Source: Bacteroidota bacterium (GTDB lineage Bacteria; Bacteroidota; Bacteroidia; 2-12-FULL-35-15). From it: DNA of 64,000 nt. How positions within the stretch are numbered: position 1 is the stretch's first letter; each line of letters begins with the position of its first letter. The stretch is from assembly GCA_021323165.1 (NCBI GenBank), contig JAJTCJ010000026.1, forward strand, positions 1,804 to 65,803, read 5' to 3'. The notes under the pieces were generated by a model, which searched no databases, was not told where the DNA came from, and saw nothing but the letters and a program-made list of their open reading frames with translations. Made by a program: the position numbers and the translations under genes. Of this stretch, positions 1 through 9,800 are shown piece after piece.

Positions 1-2731
1 CATTCTGGCTTATGCAGATGCATTTGCAGCAGCAAGAATCCTTCTTAGCATACAAGGACAGGATGTTAAAAGCAATATTCCGGTTTTAAATTATTTAAGT
101 GAATTACCTCAGGGCACTGAAGGACAGCTTTACGCACTCAGCACTCAACTGTACGGCTATCTTGATTTCATGAGCAAACCGTTCAATCAGCTTACTTATA
201 ACTTTCCTGATCATCATACTGATCTTGCATCAATATTCGGAGAAGAAAATCTTTCTGTACTAAGTTCAACTTCTGTAACCGTAACTGATGAAAGTGTAAC
301 AGGCAATAACGGAAAACAATTCACCTCATCAGGTTTGAGAGCTCCTATGTCAGCTGATTATGCAGCAGCATTATGGAATCCTGCCGCTTCGTGTAATTAC
401 AGTTCACGAAGCGGAACGGCTGTTTCAGCAGTGACAGTTCATACCGTTCAGGGATCGTATGCAGGCTGTATCTCCTGGTTTCAAAACTGTTCAGCAGGTG
501 TATCCGCGCATTATGTAGCACGTTCGAGTGACGGACAGATTACTCAAATGGTTCTTGAGGCAAGTAAAGCATGGCATGTGGGATCCAATAATCCTTATAC
601 CATTGGTATTGAACATGAAGGTTATATCAGCAACGCATCTTGGTACACAACTGCAATGTATAACGGTTCTGCAGCGCTTGTGCGTGATATCTGCGCAAGC
701 GGTTACGGTATTAATCCATTAAGATGTTACTATGGTCCAGGCTGCTCAGGAGGTTATTCAGACTGTTATCTTGGCGCGTGTACAACCATCAAAGGACATC
801 AGATGTTCAGCGGTCAAACACATACTGATCCGGGACCTAACTGGAACTGGGCAAAATTTTATTTACTGATCAATAATGCTCCCACTATTACAACAATTAC
901 TACAGCTACCGGAACATTTACAGATAACGGGGGAAGCACAGGAGATTATACGGATGATGTGCGTTCTCTCACATTGATCAAACCAACAGGCGCCACTTCT
1001 GTAACTCTTAATTTTACTTCATTCAGCACAGAAGCAGGATGGGATTATATGTTCATCTATGATGGTTCAACGACTTCTGCTCCGCTGATCGGACAATATG
1101 ATGGCACAAGCAGTCCGGGAATTGTATCTTCCAGCGGCAACGCATTACTTGTGGAATTCCGTTCTGATTGTGCAACTGTTGAATCGGGCTGGGTGGCAAA
1201 CTGGACAAGCAATGCAGTTGCAGCACCTGCAAGTGACAGCATACCTCCATCAACAACAGTTACAACTTCCGGTGGTTGGGAAACAGGAAATTTCACAGCA
1301 AGCTTTACTGATGCAGATAATGCAGGAGGAAGCGGACTTGAAAAAAGTTATTATCAGGTAATAGATTTTAACGGAACTGAATGGCGTGCAAATGCAAACA
1401 ATGGTTTCTTCGCTGATAATTTTGACGCAGCAATTCATCCTGACTGGACAGTAGGAACCGCATCTCCGGGAGGAACATGGAGCATTAATGCAGGTTCACT
1501 TTACCAAAGTGATGAAGCAAACAGCAATACAAATATTTATGCAGCCCTTAACCAATCTCTTTCAAACAGATATTTATATAATTTTTACGGAAAGATAAAT
1601 GGCACAGGAACTACAAAGCGTGCAGGCTTCCACTTTTTCTGTGATAATGCTTCTTTAACCAACAGAGGAAATTCGTATTTCGTTTGGTTCCGTGTTGATG
1701 ATGGATTATTACAGATCTATAAAGTAGTGAATGATGTTTTCGGTTCACCTGTAGTTAATATTCCTTTTACAACAGTTGCCGGACAATGGTATGATTACAA
1801 GATCATTTATGACCGTATCACCGGTAAGATCTCAGTTTACCGCGACAATTCATTTGTAACAAGCTGGATAGATTCATCTCCGTATTCCAGCGGAACCGGA
1901 ATTTCTTTCCGAAGCGGTAATGCAAACTTCGCGATCAATGAACTGAAAGTATACAGATCTCGTCCTGCTGCATCTGCTGCAATAACTGTTGGAGCCGCTG
2001 CTACAAATGATATCAGAAATCAGAATCCGAATCCTACAACATTCTCCACGAAAATCAAATCCATCTGCGCTGACTCAGCAGGAAATTTATCTCCAATTTT
2101 TTATCAGAACTTAAACATCGACTGGACTGCTCCTGCAAATATTACAAGCATCAATGATGGTTTAGGTGCTGATATTGCGTATACTAATTCTGCTACTACT
2201 TTATCCGCAAACTGGTCACCGTCATCTGATCCGAACTCAGCTATCGCACGTTATTTTTATGCGATAGGAACAACACCGGGTGCAACAAACACTGTAAACT
2301 GGACAGACAACTGGTACAACGATACAGCTACAGCAACAGGTCTTTCACTGGTTGACGGACAAACTTATTATTTCAGTGTGAAAGCTGAAAATGGTGCAGG
2401 GCTTCAGTCTGCTGTTTATACAAGCAACGGACAGATAGTTCAGCTATCAGGTGTTGGGGTAAATGAACTGACTTCAAGTAATACAATTACTGTTTCTCCT
2501 AATCCTCTAACAAACAATTCAACCATCATTTTTGATCTGAAAGAAAATTCGAAAATTGATATTTCATTAATTGATGTTCTTGGAAAAGCAATTGTTCTTT
2601 ATCACAATGATAGCCAGGTATCAGGAAAACACAGCATCGCGATGAATTCTTCAGAGCTTTCTTCCGGGATCTATTTTGTGAAAATGGTTACTGATACTGA
2701 AACAAAAACATTAAAAGTAATCGTTAAATAA
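1..2731 (+). CDS. T9SS-secreted N-acetylmuramoyl-L-alanine amidase (Amidase_2/PGRP domain) + CUB-like domain + ~300-aa shared module + Por C-terminal sorting domain (type A); 5' partial, frame open to window start
   Basis: The ORF track starts at 170, but the same frame has no stop back to nt 2. Amidase_2 motifs are 'AWHVGSNNPYTIGIEHEG' and 'GHQMFSGQTHTDPGPNWNW'. The CUB-like stretch is 'SVTLNFTSFSTEAGWDYMFIYDG...LLVEFRSDCAT'. The C-terminus 'ITVSPNPLTNNSTIIFDL...SGIYFVKMVTD...KVIVK' is typical of a T9SS CTD. Confidence 0.8.
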   Translation, partial: ILAYADAFAAARILLSIQGQDVKSNIPVLNYLSELPQGTEGQLYALSTQLYGYLDFMSKPFNQLTYNFPDHHTDLASIFGEENLSVLSSTSVTVTDESVTGNNGKQFTSSGLRAPMSADYAAALWNPAASCNYSSRSGTAVSAVTVHTVQGSYAGCISWFQNCSAGVSAHYVARSSDGQITQMVLEASKAWHVGSNNPYTIGIEHEGYISNASWYTTAMYNGSAALVRDICASGYGINPLRCYYGPGCSGGYSDCYLGACTTIKGHQMFSGQTHTDPGPNWNWAKFYLLINNAPTITTITTATGTFTDNGGSTGDYTDDVRSLTLIKPTGATSVTLNFTSFSTEAGWDYMFIYDGSTTSAPLIGQYDGTSSPGIVSSSGNALLVEFRSDCATVESGWVANWTSNAVAAPASDSIPPSTTVTTSGGWETGNFTASFTDADNAGGSGLEKSYYQVIDFNGTEWRANANNGFFADNFDAAIHPDWTVGTASPGGTWSINAGSLYQSDEANSNTNIYAALNQSLSNRYLYNFYGKINGTGTTKRAGFHFFCDNASLTNRGNSYFVWFRVDDGLLQIYKVVNDVFGSPVVNIPFTTVAGQWYDYKIIYDRITGKISVYRDNSFVTSWIDSSPYSSGTGISFRSGNANFAINELKVYRSRPAASAAITVGAAATNDIRNQNPNPTTFSTKIKSICADSAGNLSPIFYQNLNIDWTAPANITSINDGLGADIAYTNSATTLSANWSPSSDPNSAIARYFYAIGTTPGATNTVNWTDNWYNDTATATGLSLVDGQTYYFSVKAENGAGLQSAVYTSNGQIVQLSGVGVNELTSSNTITVSPNPLTNNSTIIFDLKENSKIDISLIDVLGKAIVLYHNDSQVSGKHSIAMNSSELSSGIYFVKMVTDTETKTLKVIVK

Positions 2732-2745
2732 AAATGAATTCTTAA

Positions 2746-5700
2746 ATGAAAAATTACGCTTTACTTTTATCTGTATTTATTTTTCAAACAGCTTTTGCCC
2801 AAACAAGCAAGCCTGTGGTGGCTGAACCGGAGAACGATCCTTATGTTCCTCATAAATCAATTCATCAGGTGCAATCAGAAAAATATGCACAATATAATTT
2901 CAGCTCTGATGCGCAATGGGACAGCCTTCGTTCAATTGAAGGAATGAATACAAGCAAAACAATGCTGAGATCACCATCAGCATGCAATCTTAATAAAAGA
3001 GTGTACGGATGGCATCCATACTGGAGCGCAGGATTAGAAGCAAATTATGATTGGGAAGGCTTATCAGATCTTTGTTATTTTTCTTATGAAGTAAATTCCG
3101 CGAATGGAAATGCAATTACAACACATGGCTGGTCAACGGCAAGTGTAGTTACTACTGCTCAGGCTAACGGAGTAAATGTAACATTGTGTGCAACCTTATT
3201 CAGCGGCCATACAGCTTTTTTCGGAAGTACAGCAGCGAAACAAACACTTATAACCAACCTGATAAATCTTGTTCAGGCAAGGAATGCAAAAGGTGTTAAT
3301 ATAGATTTTGAAGGAATGGGCGCTTCTCACAAAACCGCTTTCACTGCGTTCATGATAGATCTTTGCAATCAGATGCACGCAGCGATCCCCGGCTCTGAGG
3401 TCAGCATTTGTTTATATGCAGTAGACTGGAGTAATGTATTTGACATGCCCGCACTAAATCCTTATGTAGATCTTTTTGTGATCATGGGTTATGATTACTA
3501 TTACAGCGGAAGTACTACTGCAGGTCCTGAATCACCTTTATATAATTTTCAGACAACTTACAATTATACATTAGCCAAGTCACTTACCTTCTATTTAAAA
3601 CAGGGAACAACCCCTTCAAAATTATTATTAGGGCTGCCGTGGTATGGACGTGAATGGGCAACCAGTGGAAGTACTATTCCCAGCGCCACAACAGGAGGCG
3701 GTACAAGCAGCGTTACTTACACAACAATGCGAAATAATTCCAATGGATATTATTCTAACAGGCAATGGGATCCAATCAGTTTTTCAACCTGGTATCCATC
3801 AGTAAGAGCCGGAGTGAACTGGCAGGCATTTATTGATGATGCTTATTCGATGGGGAAAAGATTCGATCTTGTAAATCAGCGCGGAGTTGGCGGGATAGGG
3901 ATCTGGGCTTTGGGTTACGACAATGGATATAATGATTTCTGGGATATTATAAAAAATAAGTTTACTGATTGCGCAACTGTGCCATGCACGGATACTATAT
4001 ACGATATGGGCGGTCCCGCACGAAATTATTATGACAGTGAAAATTACACATTTACAATCGCCCCTAGCGGTGCAACAAGTGTAGGCTTGAATTTCAGTTC
4101 ATTTGCCACAGAACTTAATTACGATACTCTCTGGATCTATGACGGAGGAAATACTTCCACTCCACTGATCGGTGCATATCATGGGAACATGAATCCGGGA
4201 TCTATCAATTCCACCGGAGGTTCTCTTACACTGCGTTACAAATCTGATATCTCAACAGTTGCAGCAGGATGGCAGGCGATCTGGAACTGCACGATTGATA
4301 ACATTGCTCCTACCACACTTGTTTCTACTCCATCGTCCTGGGCTACTTCCAACTTCAGTGCAAACTTTACAGACACTGATAATTCAGGCGGTTCCGGAAT
4401 AGCAAAGAGTTATTACCAGGTGCTTGAATATAACGGAACAGAATGGCGGGCAAATAACAGCAGAGGATTCTTCTCTGATAATTTTGATAATGCAATTCAT
4501 CCCGACTGGTCAACAATGGTTGGAACCTGGAGCATCGCAGGAGGATATTTGAACCAGAGTGATGAAACAAACAGCAATACGAATATCTATGCTCCGCTTA
4601 CACAAAATCTATCCAATCAATATCTGTACAATTGGCAGGGAAAGATAACAGGTACAGGCACAAACCGAAGAGCTGGCTTTCATTTCTTCTGTGATGATGC
4701 AACACAAACCAACAGAGGAAATTCATATTTTATTTGGATAAGACCTGATCAAAGCACACTTGAATTATATAAAGTAGTGAACAATGTATTTTCACTTGCA
4801 AGCTCTGTCGCGCTTACCACAACTATCAATACATGGAATGATTACAAGATCATTTATGACCGTATCACCGGAAAAATGGATGTGTATGTGAACAATGCAT
4901 TAACGGCAAGCTGGACAGATCCTTCTCCATTAACTACAGGAAACGCTATCTCATTCAGAAGCGGTAATTGTAATTACACTGTGAATGATCTTAAAGTATA
5001 TCGTTCGCGTTTACCTTCTGTTACAGTAACAGTAGGTTCTGCAGCAACGAATGATGTGCGCTATCAGAATCCCGATCCTTCCACTCCATCATGTAGAGTT
5101 AAATCAATTACTAGAGACGCTGTCGGTAATTTATCAACTGTTGCTGCTCAGGATGTAGATGTTGACTGGACAATTCCTTCCTCCGCAATTTCAAGTGACG
5201 GAACGGCCTCTGACATTGACACTACTTATTCTTTAACACAACTTTCAGGTAACTGGACGAATTGTGTTGATACAAACTCTGCTATATCAAAATACTGGTA
5301 CGCGATCGGTACAGCACCGGGAGCTACTGATATTACCAACTGGACAGATAATGGAACGAGTACTGCAGTTACAAAAACAGGACTTTCTTTAGTTGTAAAT
5401 CAGCTATATTATTTTTCAATAAGATCTGAGAACGGAGCCGGATTATTATCGGCAATAACTGTTACGGATGGACAGCGTGTTGTTGCTCTTACAACCGGAA
5501 TAGAAGAAAACGGCAATACTGTATTGCTTGTTTATCCAAATCCTTTTTCTGAAGAAGCTACTATTTCTTATGAATTACAAACTCCCGCTGAAGTTGAAAT
5601 TTCCCTTGTTGATGTTTTAGGAAAAAGAATCATGATCAGCGAAAAGCAAATGCAGAGCAGCGGAAATCACAGCACTTCAATAAACAGATCATCATTGTAT

Positions 5701-5775
5701 ATTGCAAAAGGAATTTATACATTGATAATGCGCGTGAATCAAGCAGAAAAGAATTACAAACTGATCATTAATTAG
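2746..5775 (+). CDS. T9SS-secreted glycoside hydrolase family 18 (chitinase-like) + CUB-like domain + ~300-aa shared module + Por C-terminal sorting domain (type A)
   Basis: A signal peptide 'MKNYALLLSVFIFQTAFAQ' starts the protein. The GH18 region 'YGWHPYWSAG...GVNIDFEGMG' is a variant of the DxxDxDxE motif. The CUB-like stretch is 'SVGLNFSSFATELNYDTLWIYDG...LTLRYKSDIST'. The C-terminus 'LLVYPNPFSEEATISYEL...ISLVDVLGKRI' is a T9SS CTD. It lies 14 nt downstream of the preceding gene. Confidence 0.8.
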   Translation: MKNYALLLSVFIFQTAFAQTSKPVVAEPENDPYVPHKSIHQVQSEKYAQYNFSSDAQWDSLRSIEGMNTSKTMLRSPSACNLNKRVYGWHPYWSAGLEANYDWEGLSDLCYFSYEVNSANGNAITTHGWSTASVVTTAQANGVNVTLCATLFSGHTAFFGSTAAKQTLITNLINLVQARNAKGVNIDFEGMGASHKTAFTAFMIDLCNQMHAAIPGSEVSICLYAVDWSNVFDMPALNPYVDLFVIMGYDYYYSGSTTAGPESPLYNFQTTYNYTLAKSLTFYLKQGTTPSKLLLGLPWYGREWATSGSTIPSATTGGGTSSVTYTTMRNNSNGYYSNRQWDPISFSTWYPSVRAGVNWQAFIDDAYSMGKRFDLVNQRGVGGIGIWALGYDNGYNDFWDIIKNKFTDCATVPCTDTIYDMGGPARNYYDSENYTFTIAPSGATSVGLNFSSFATELNYDTLWIYDGGNTSTPLIGAYHGNMNPGSINSTGGSLTLRYKSDISTVAAGWQAIWNCTIDNIAPTTLVSTPSSWATSNFSANFTDTDNSGGSGIAKSYYQVLEYNGTEWRANNSRGFFSDNFDNAIHPDWSTMVGTWSIAGGYLNQSDETNSNTNIYAPLTQNLSNQYLYNWQGKITGTGTNRRAGFHFFCDDATQTNRGNSYFIWIRPDQSTLELYKVVNNVFSLASSVALTTTINTWNDYKIIYDRITGKMDVYVNNALTASWTDPSPLTTGNAISFRSGNCNYTVNDLKVYRSRLPSVTVTVGSAATNDVRYQNPDPSTPSCRVKSITRDAVGNLSTVAAQDVDVDWTIPSSAISSDGTASDIDTTYSLTQLSGNWTNCVDTNSAISKYWYAIGTAPGATDITNWTDNGTSTAVTKTGLSLVVNQLYYFSIRSENGAGLLSAITVTDGQRVVALTTGIEENGNTVLLVYPNPFSEEATISYELQTPAEVEISLVDVLGKRIMISEKQMQSSGNHSTSINRSSLYIAKGIYTLIMRVNQAEKNYKLIIN

Positions 5776-5780
5776 AAATT

Positions 5781-6641
5781 ATGAGAAGTATTATTCTTTT
5801 CTTTCTATTTCTTCCATCAATCCTCTTTTCTCAGGATGAACAGGATCCGTTTGATAAGTATGCTCCTCCGGGAGAAACATATACTAGTCTGAAAGAAGCA
5901 TTAAAAGACGTTAATAATGTTTACAAATTAAAATTAGAATACCAGGTAATCGATCCCAAACTTTTTCCTAAGATTGGAAAGCTAAGTCAATTAAGCTCCT
6001 TCCAATTAAGCGGCAACAGCATTACAGAATTACCAAAGGAGTTTACAGAACTTTCAAATCTCACCTACTTTTGCTGTAAGGCTAATAGTATAACTTCATT
6101 ACCCAAAAACATTGGTAATCTGCAGCAGCTTTCCGAAATTAAGCTTATTAATCTCAAACTCGATTCACTGCCATTTGAAATTGCTTATCTAAAGAAATTA
6201 AGAACCATTGAGATCCAGAATAATCAGGCTGACACTTTAAGTTTCCCGAACTCTTTCGGTTATCTTCCTAATCTTACCGAACTGCTTGTATTTAATTCCA
6301 GAATGGATACTTTACCAGCGACATTTTCTGAACTCAAAAAACTAAAGAGCCTCACTTTTGCTATGTGCGGTTTGCAAAAAATGCCGAAAACGATCGGAAA
6401 GATCGCCTCTCTTGAACAACTGATACTTGACAATAACAATCTTACTGAATTGCCAAAAAGCATATACAAACTCAGGAAATTAAAATATCTTTCTGTAAAA
6501 AGTAATAAATTAAGCTCACTGCATGATTCAATAAGTATGCTTAAAGATCTTGAAGTGCTGGATCTGCGGGGCAATACCTTTACTTCGTATGATGTTGAGA
6601 TTCTGAAGATCCTTCTTCCGAAATGCAGGATCCTTTATTAG
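5781..6641 (+). CDS. secreted leucine-rich repeat (LRR) protein
   Basis: A signal peptide 'MRSIILFFLFLPSILFSQ' is followed by repeated LxxLxxLxLxxNxL units such as 'LSNLTYFCCKANSITSLPKNIGNLQQLSEIKL'. It starts 6 nt after the GH18 gene. Confidence 0.75.
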   Translation: MRSIILFFLFLPSILFSQDEQDPFDKYAPPGETYTSLKEALKDVNNVYKLKLEYQVIDPKLFPKIGKLSQLSSFQLSGNSITELPKEFTELSNLTYFCCKANSITSLPKNIGNLQQLSEIKLINLKLDSLPFEIAYLKKLRTIEIQNNQADTLSFPNSFGYLPNLTELLVFNSRMDTLPATFSELKKLKSLTFAMCGLQKMPKTIGKIASLEQLILDNNNLTELPKSIYKLRKLKYLSVKSNKLSSLHDSISMLKDLEVLDLRGNTFTSYDVEILKILLPKCRILY

Positions 6642-6781
6642 GATTCTCCGTATTATTCCGTGTTTTTCTCCAAAATGTATTGGTAGTGCAACCATTCCGC
6701 CCCGTTTTACATCTACTTTTAGTCCTTATAAAACACTGTTAGTCAATACTCCAACACTGTCGAACCATAAAAAAATTGAGT

Positions 6782-6789
6782 TATATTTG
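6782..6789 (+). promoter_or_regulatory. Bacteroidetes-type -7 promoter box TATATTTG (TAnnTTTG) upstream of the SprB-like gene
   Basis: An exact TAnnTTTG match lies 18 nt upstream of the ATG at 6807. No well-spaced -33 TTG was found. Confidence 0.35.
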
Positions 6790-6806
6790 TTCATATTGTT
6801 TGCGAG

Positions 6807-9800
6807 ATGAGATTTCAGAGGAAAGTATTTCCTAAGTATTTAAAAATTATAGCTTGTATCGTTCTGTTATTCAGCTCGACAGGCATTTTCGCGCAATCGG
6901 GAAATTGTGATCCTTCAACACCATTCTTTAGTGTTGACCTTACCGGACAGCCAAATGGAGTCTGGACCTCACCGGCTGTTCCCCGTGTTGGTAACTGCTG
7001 CGGAACTACTGCTCCCGATAAATGCGTTGAAATAAGTATTACACTTGATCCTACTGCGGTTGCAATTAATTTTCAGATCACTTCCGGTGCAGTTCCTCCC
7101 GGAGCTTTATTTTATCAAATAGGTTGCGGTCCGCCCGTTGCTGTAGGAACACCCATATGTTTGAATGGCCCGGGGCCTTATTCTTTAACATTCTGCAAGC
7201 CCGGAAATAATATCAACCAATATTCGATTACGTCAATTGCCGGACCAACAGTTTCTCCTGACGATACTATTGGTAATGGCTGCAGCACAACAATGTATGC
7301 TTCAGGCTTGCTCGTGAATTCAAGTATCAGCTGGACCTCCGTTGGACCTGGTGCACAGGGAGCATACAATTCATATTTAAGCTGTACGACAGGGTGCGAT
7401 TCAACAACTGTAACAGGAACTCCAACCGCTCCGGCATATGTAGACTATATGGTATGCGGAACTCCGGTTGCAGGAGCATGTATTTCCAGCGGATTATTTT
7501 GTGATACCATCCGTATTCATTTTTCTCCACCTATTTTGAATCCAGTTAACCCTAATCCTGCGATATACTGCGGAAATGCCGGTGGAATTCTACTTACAGG
7601 TTCAGTTGCCGGAGGTATAGCGCCATATACTTATGCATGGACAAACGGAACAAACGGTGCAGGAGCTGTTGTAGGAAGCGGTTTGACCTATACAGCAACA
7701 ACTTCAGGTACTTATTCATTTATAGTTTATGATGCTAATTACCCGGCTTGTCCGCCACAGATCACAAATGTTCCGGTAACTGTAAGTCCACCACCAGTTA
7801 TTAATGCCGGCCCTGATCAGCTTGTGTGCGGAAGTTCAGTTGTACTAAACGGAACTGTAACAGGAGCTACGGGCGGTGTTTGGTCTGGTGGCAACGGAAC
7901 ATATTCTCCATCATCCACTGCCGGCAATGCTACTTATACACCTACAAGTGCAGAATTACTTGCAGGAACAGTGATCCTTACTTATACCTCTACCGGTAAC
8001 GGTGCATGTTCTGCTGTTTCAGACCAGGTAGTAATAAATATTTCTCCTCCGATAAATGTAACTATAACTGCCCCTGCTATTTTATGTTACGGTTCTACTG
8101 CAACACTCACGGCAAATGTTACAGGAGGTATTGCTCCTTATTCTTATTTATGGAGCAATGGCCAAACTACGCAGACATTAAGCAATATGCTGCCGGGAAC
8201 ATACAGCGTTACAGTTACAGGAGCCAATGGCAGCGCATGTACTGCCACAGCAAGTGTAACTATAGCGGCAAATCCCCAGATAATTGTAAATACCTCACCA
8301 AACAATTCAATTTCATGCAGTACAACTGCAATTGTTTCTGCAACAGCATCTGGCGGAACAGGAACGCTGAATTATTTATGGAGCAATGGAGCTGCGACAA
8401 GTTCAACAATTGTTTACACAGGAACTTATGTTATTACAGTTACTGATGCAGTTGGTTGTTCGGCTAATAATTCCGTTACAGTTATAGCATCAAACAGTAC
8501 TTTAACAGCCATTGTGAATCAGCCGCCAGTTCTTTGTAACGGAGCAACAACCACATTAACTGTTTCCGCAAATGGTGGTTTCGGATCTTATACGTATTCA
8601 TGGAATACCGGATCAACCGGAGGAAGTATAGTAACGGGTGCCGGCAATTTTTGTGCAACCGTAACTGATGGTGGAGGTTGTACTACTTCTGCGTGTGTAA
8701 CTGTAACACAAAATTCTCCACTTCTCTTGAACGTTCCAACACCTGCAGCTATCTGTAATGGTGCCACCGGAACTTTAACTGCTTTCGTAAGTGGCGGACA
8801 AGCACCTTACAATTATTTATGGAGCAACGGGCAATCAACACAATCTATTACTGCATTGGCAGGAAATTATACGGTTACAGTTACAGATGCAATTGGGTGC
8901 AACACTTCTACATCCGTAACAATTTCACAGGCAACACCGCTTAATCTTTCTCCAACCGCAACACAGGTTTTATGTTTTGGAGGCAATACCGGAACTGCTT
9001 CAGCCAACGTGAGCGGTGGAACACCGGGATACTTTTATTCCTGGGCACCTTATGGTGGATCTTCTGCAACTGCAAGTAATCTGATGACAGGTACTTACAC
9101 TGTTACAGTAACTGATGCGATCGGTTGTTCTCAAACTTCTGCTATACCGGTGACACAGCCTGCTGCACTAAATGCTACAATAACTGTTAATAATAATGTA
9201 AGCTGCTACAACGGCAATAATGGTTCCGCAACTGTTTTTCCTACAGGCGGCACATCACCTTACTTTTATTCATGGAGCCCTATAGGCGGAAGTGCACAAA
9301 CAGCCACTAATCTTACACAAGGAAATTATCAAATCACAGTAACAGACGTAAACAACTGTGTTCAGAATGTTTCAACATCTATCACTCAGCCTTCACAGTT
9401 GATGGGCAGTATAGTTTCAACAACAAATGTTTCATGTAATTCAGGAAGCAACGGCAGCATCACAGTTTCTGCTTCCGGTGGCACTGTAGGTTATACTTAT
9501 GTTTGGACACCTTCAGGAGGCACCGCTGCAACTGCATCAAATTTAATTGCCGGATCATATACAGTCACAATCACAGATTCCAAAGGATGTACCACCCAGG
9601 TCACCGCTGCGATAACTCAACCGCCTGCATTATCAGCATCCATAAATACAAGTACAAACGTCAGCTGTAATGGCGGAAATAACGGATCGGCTACTGTAAC
9701 AGCTACGGGAGGAACAACTCCATACTCTTATTTATGGAATACAAATCCGGCACAGACAGGAGTAACAGCTACAGGATTAAGTGCTGGAAATTATTCCGCG

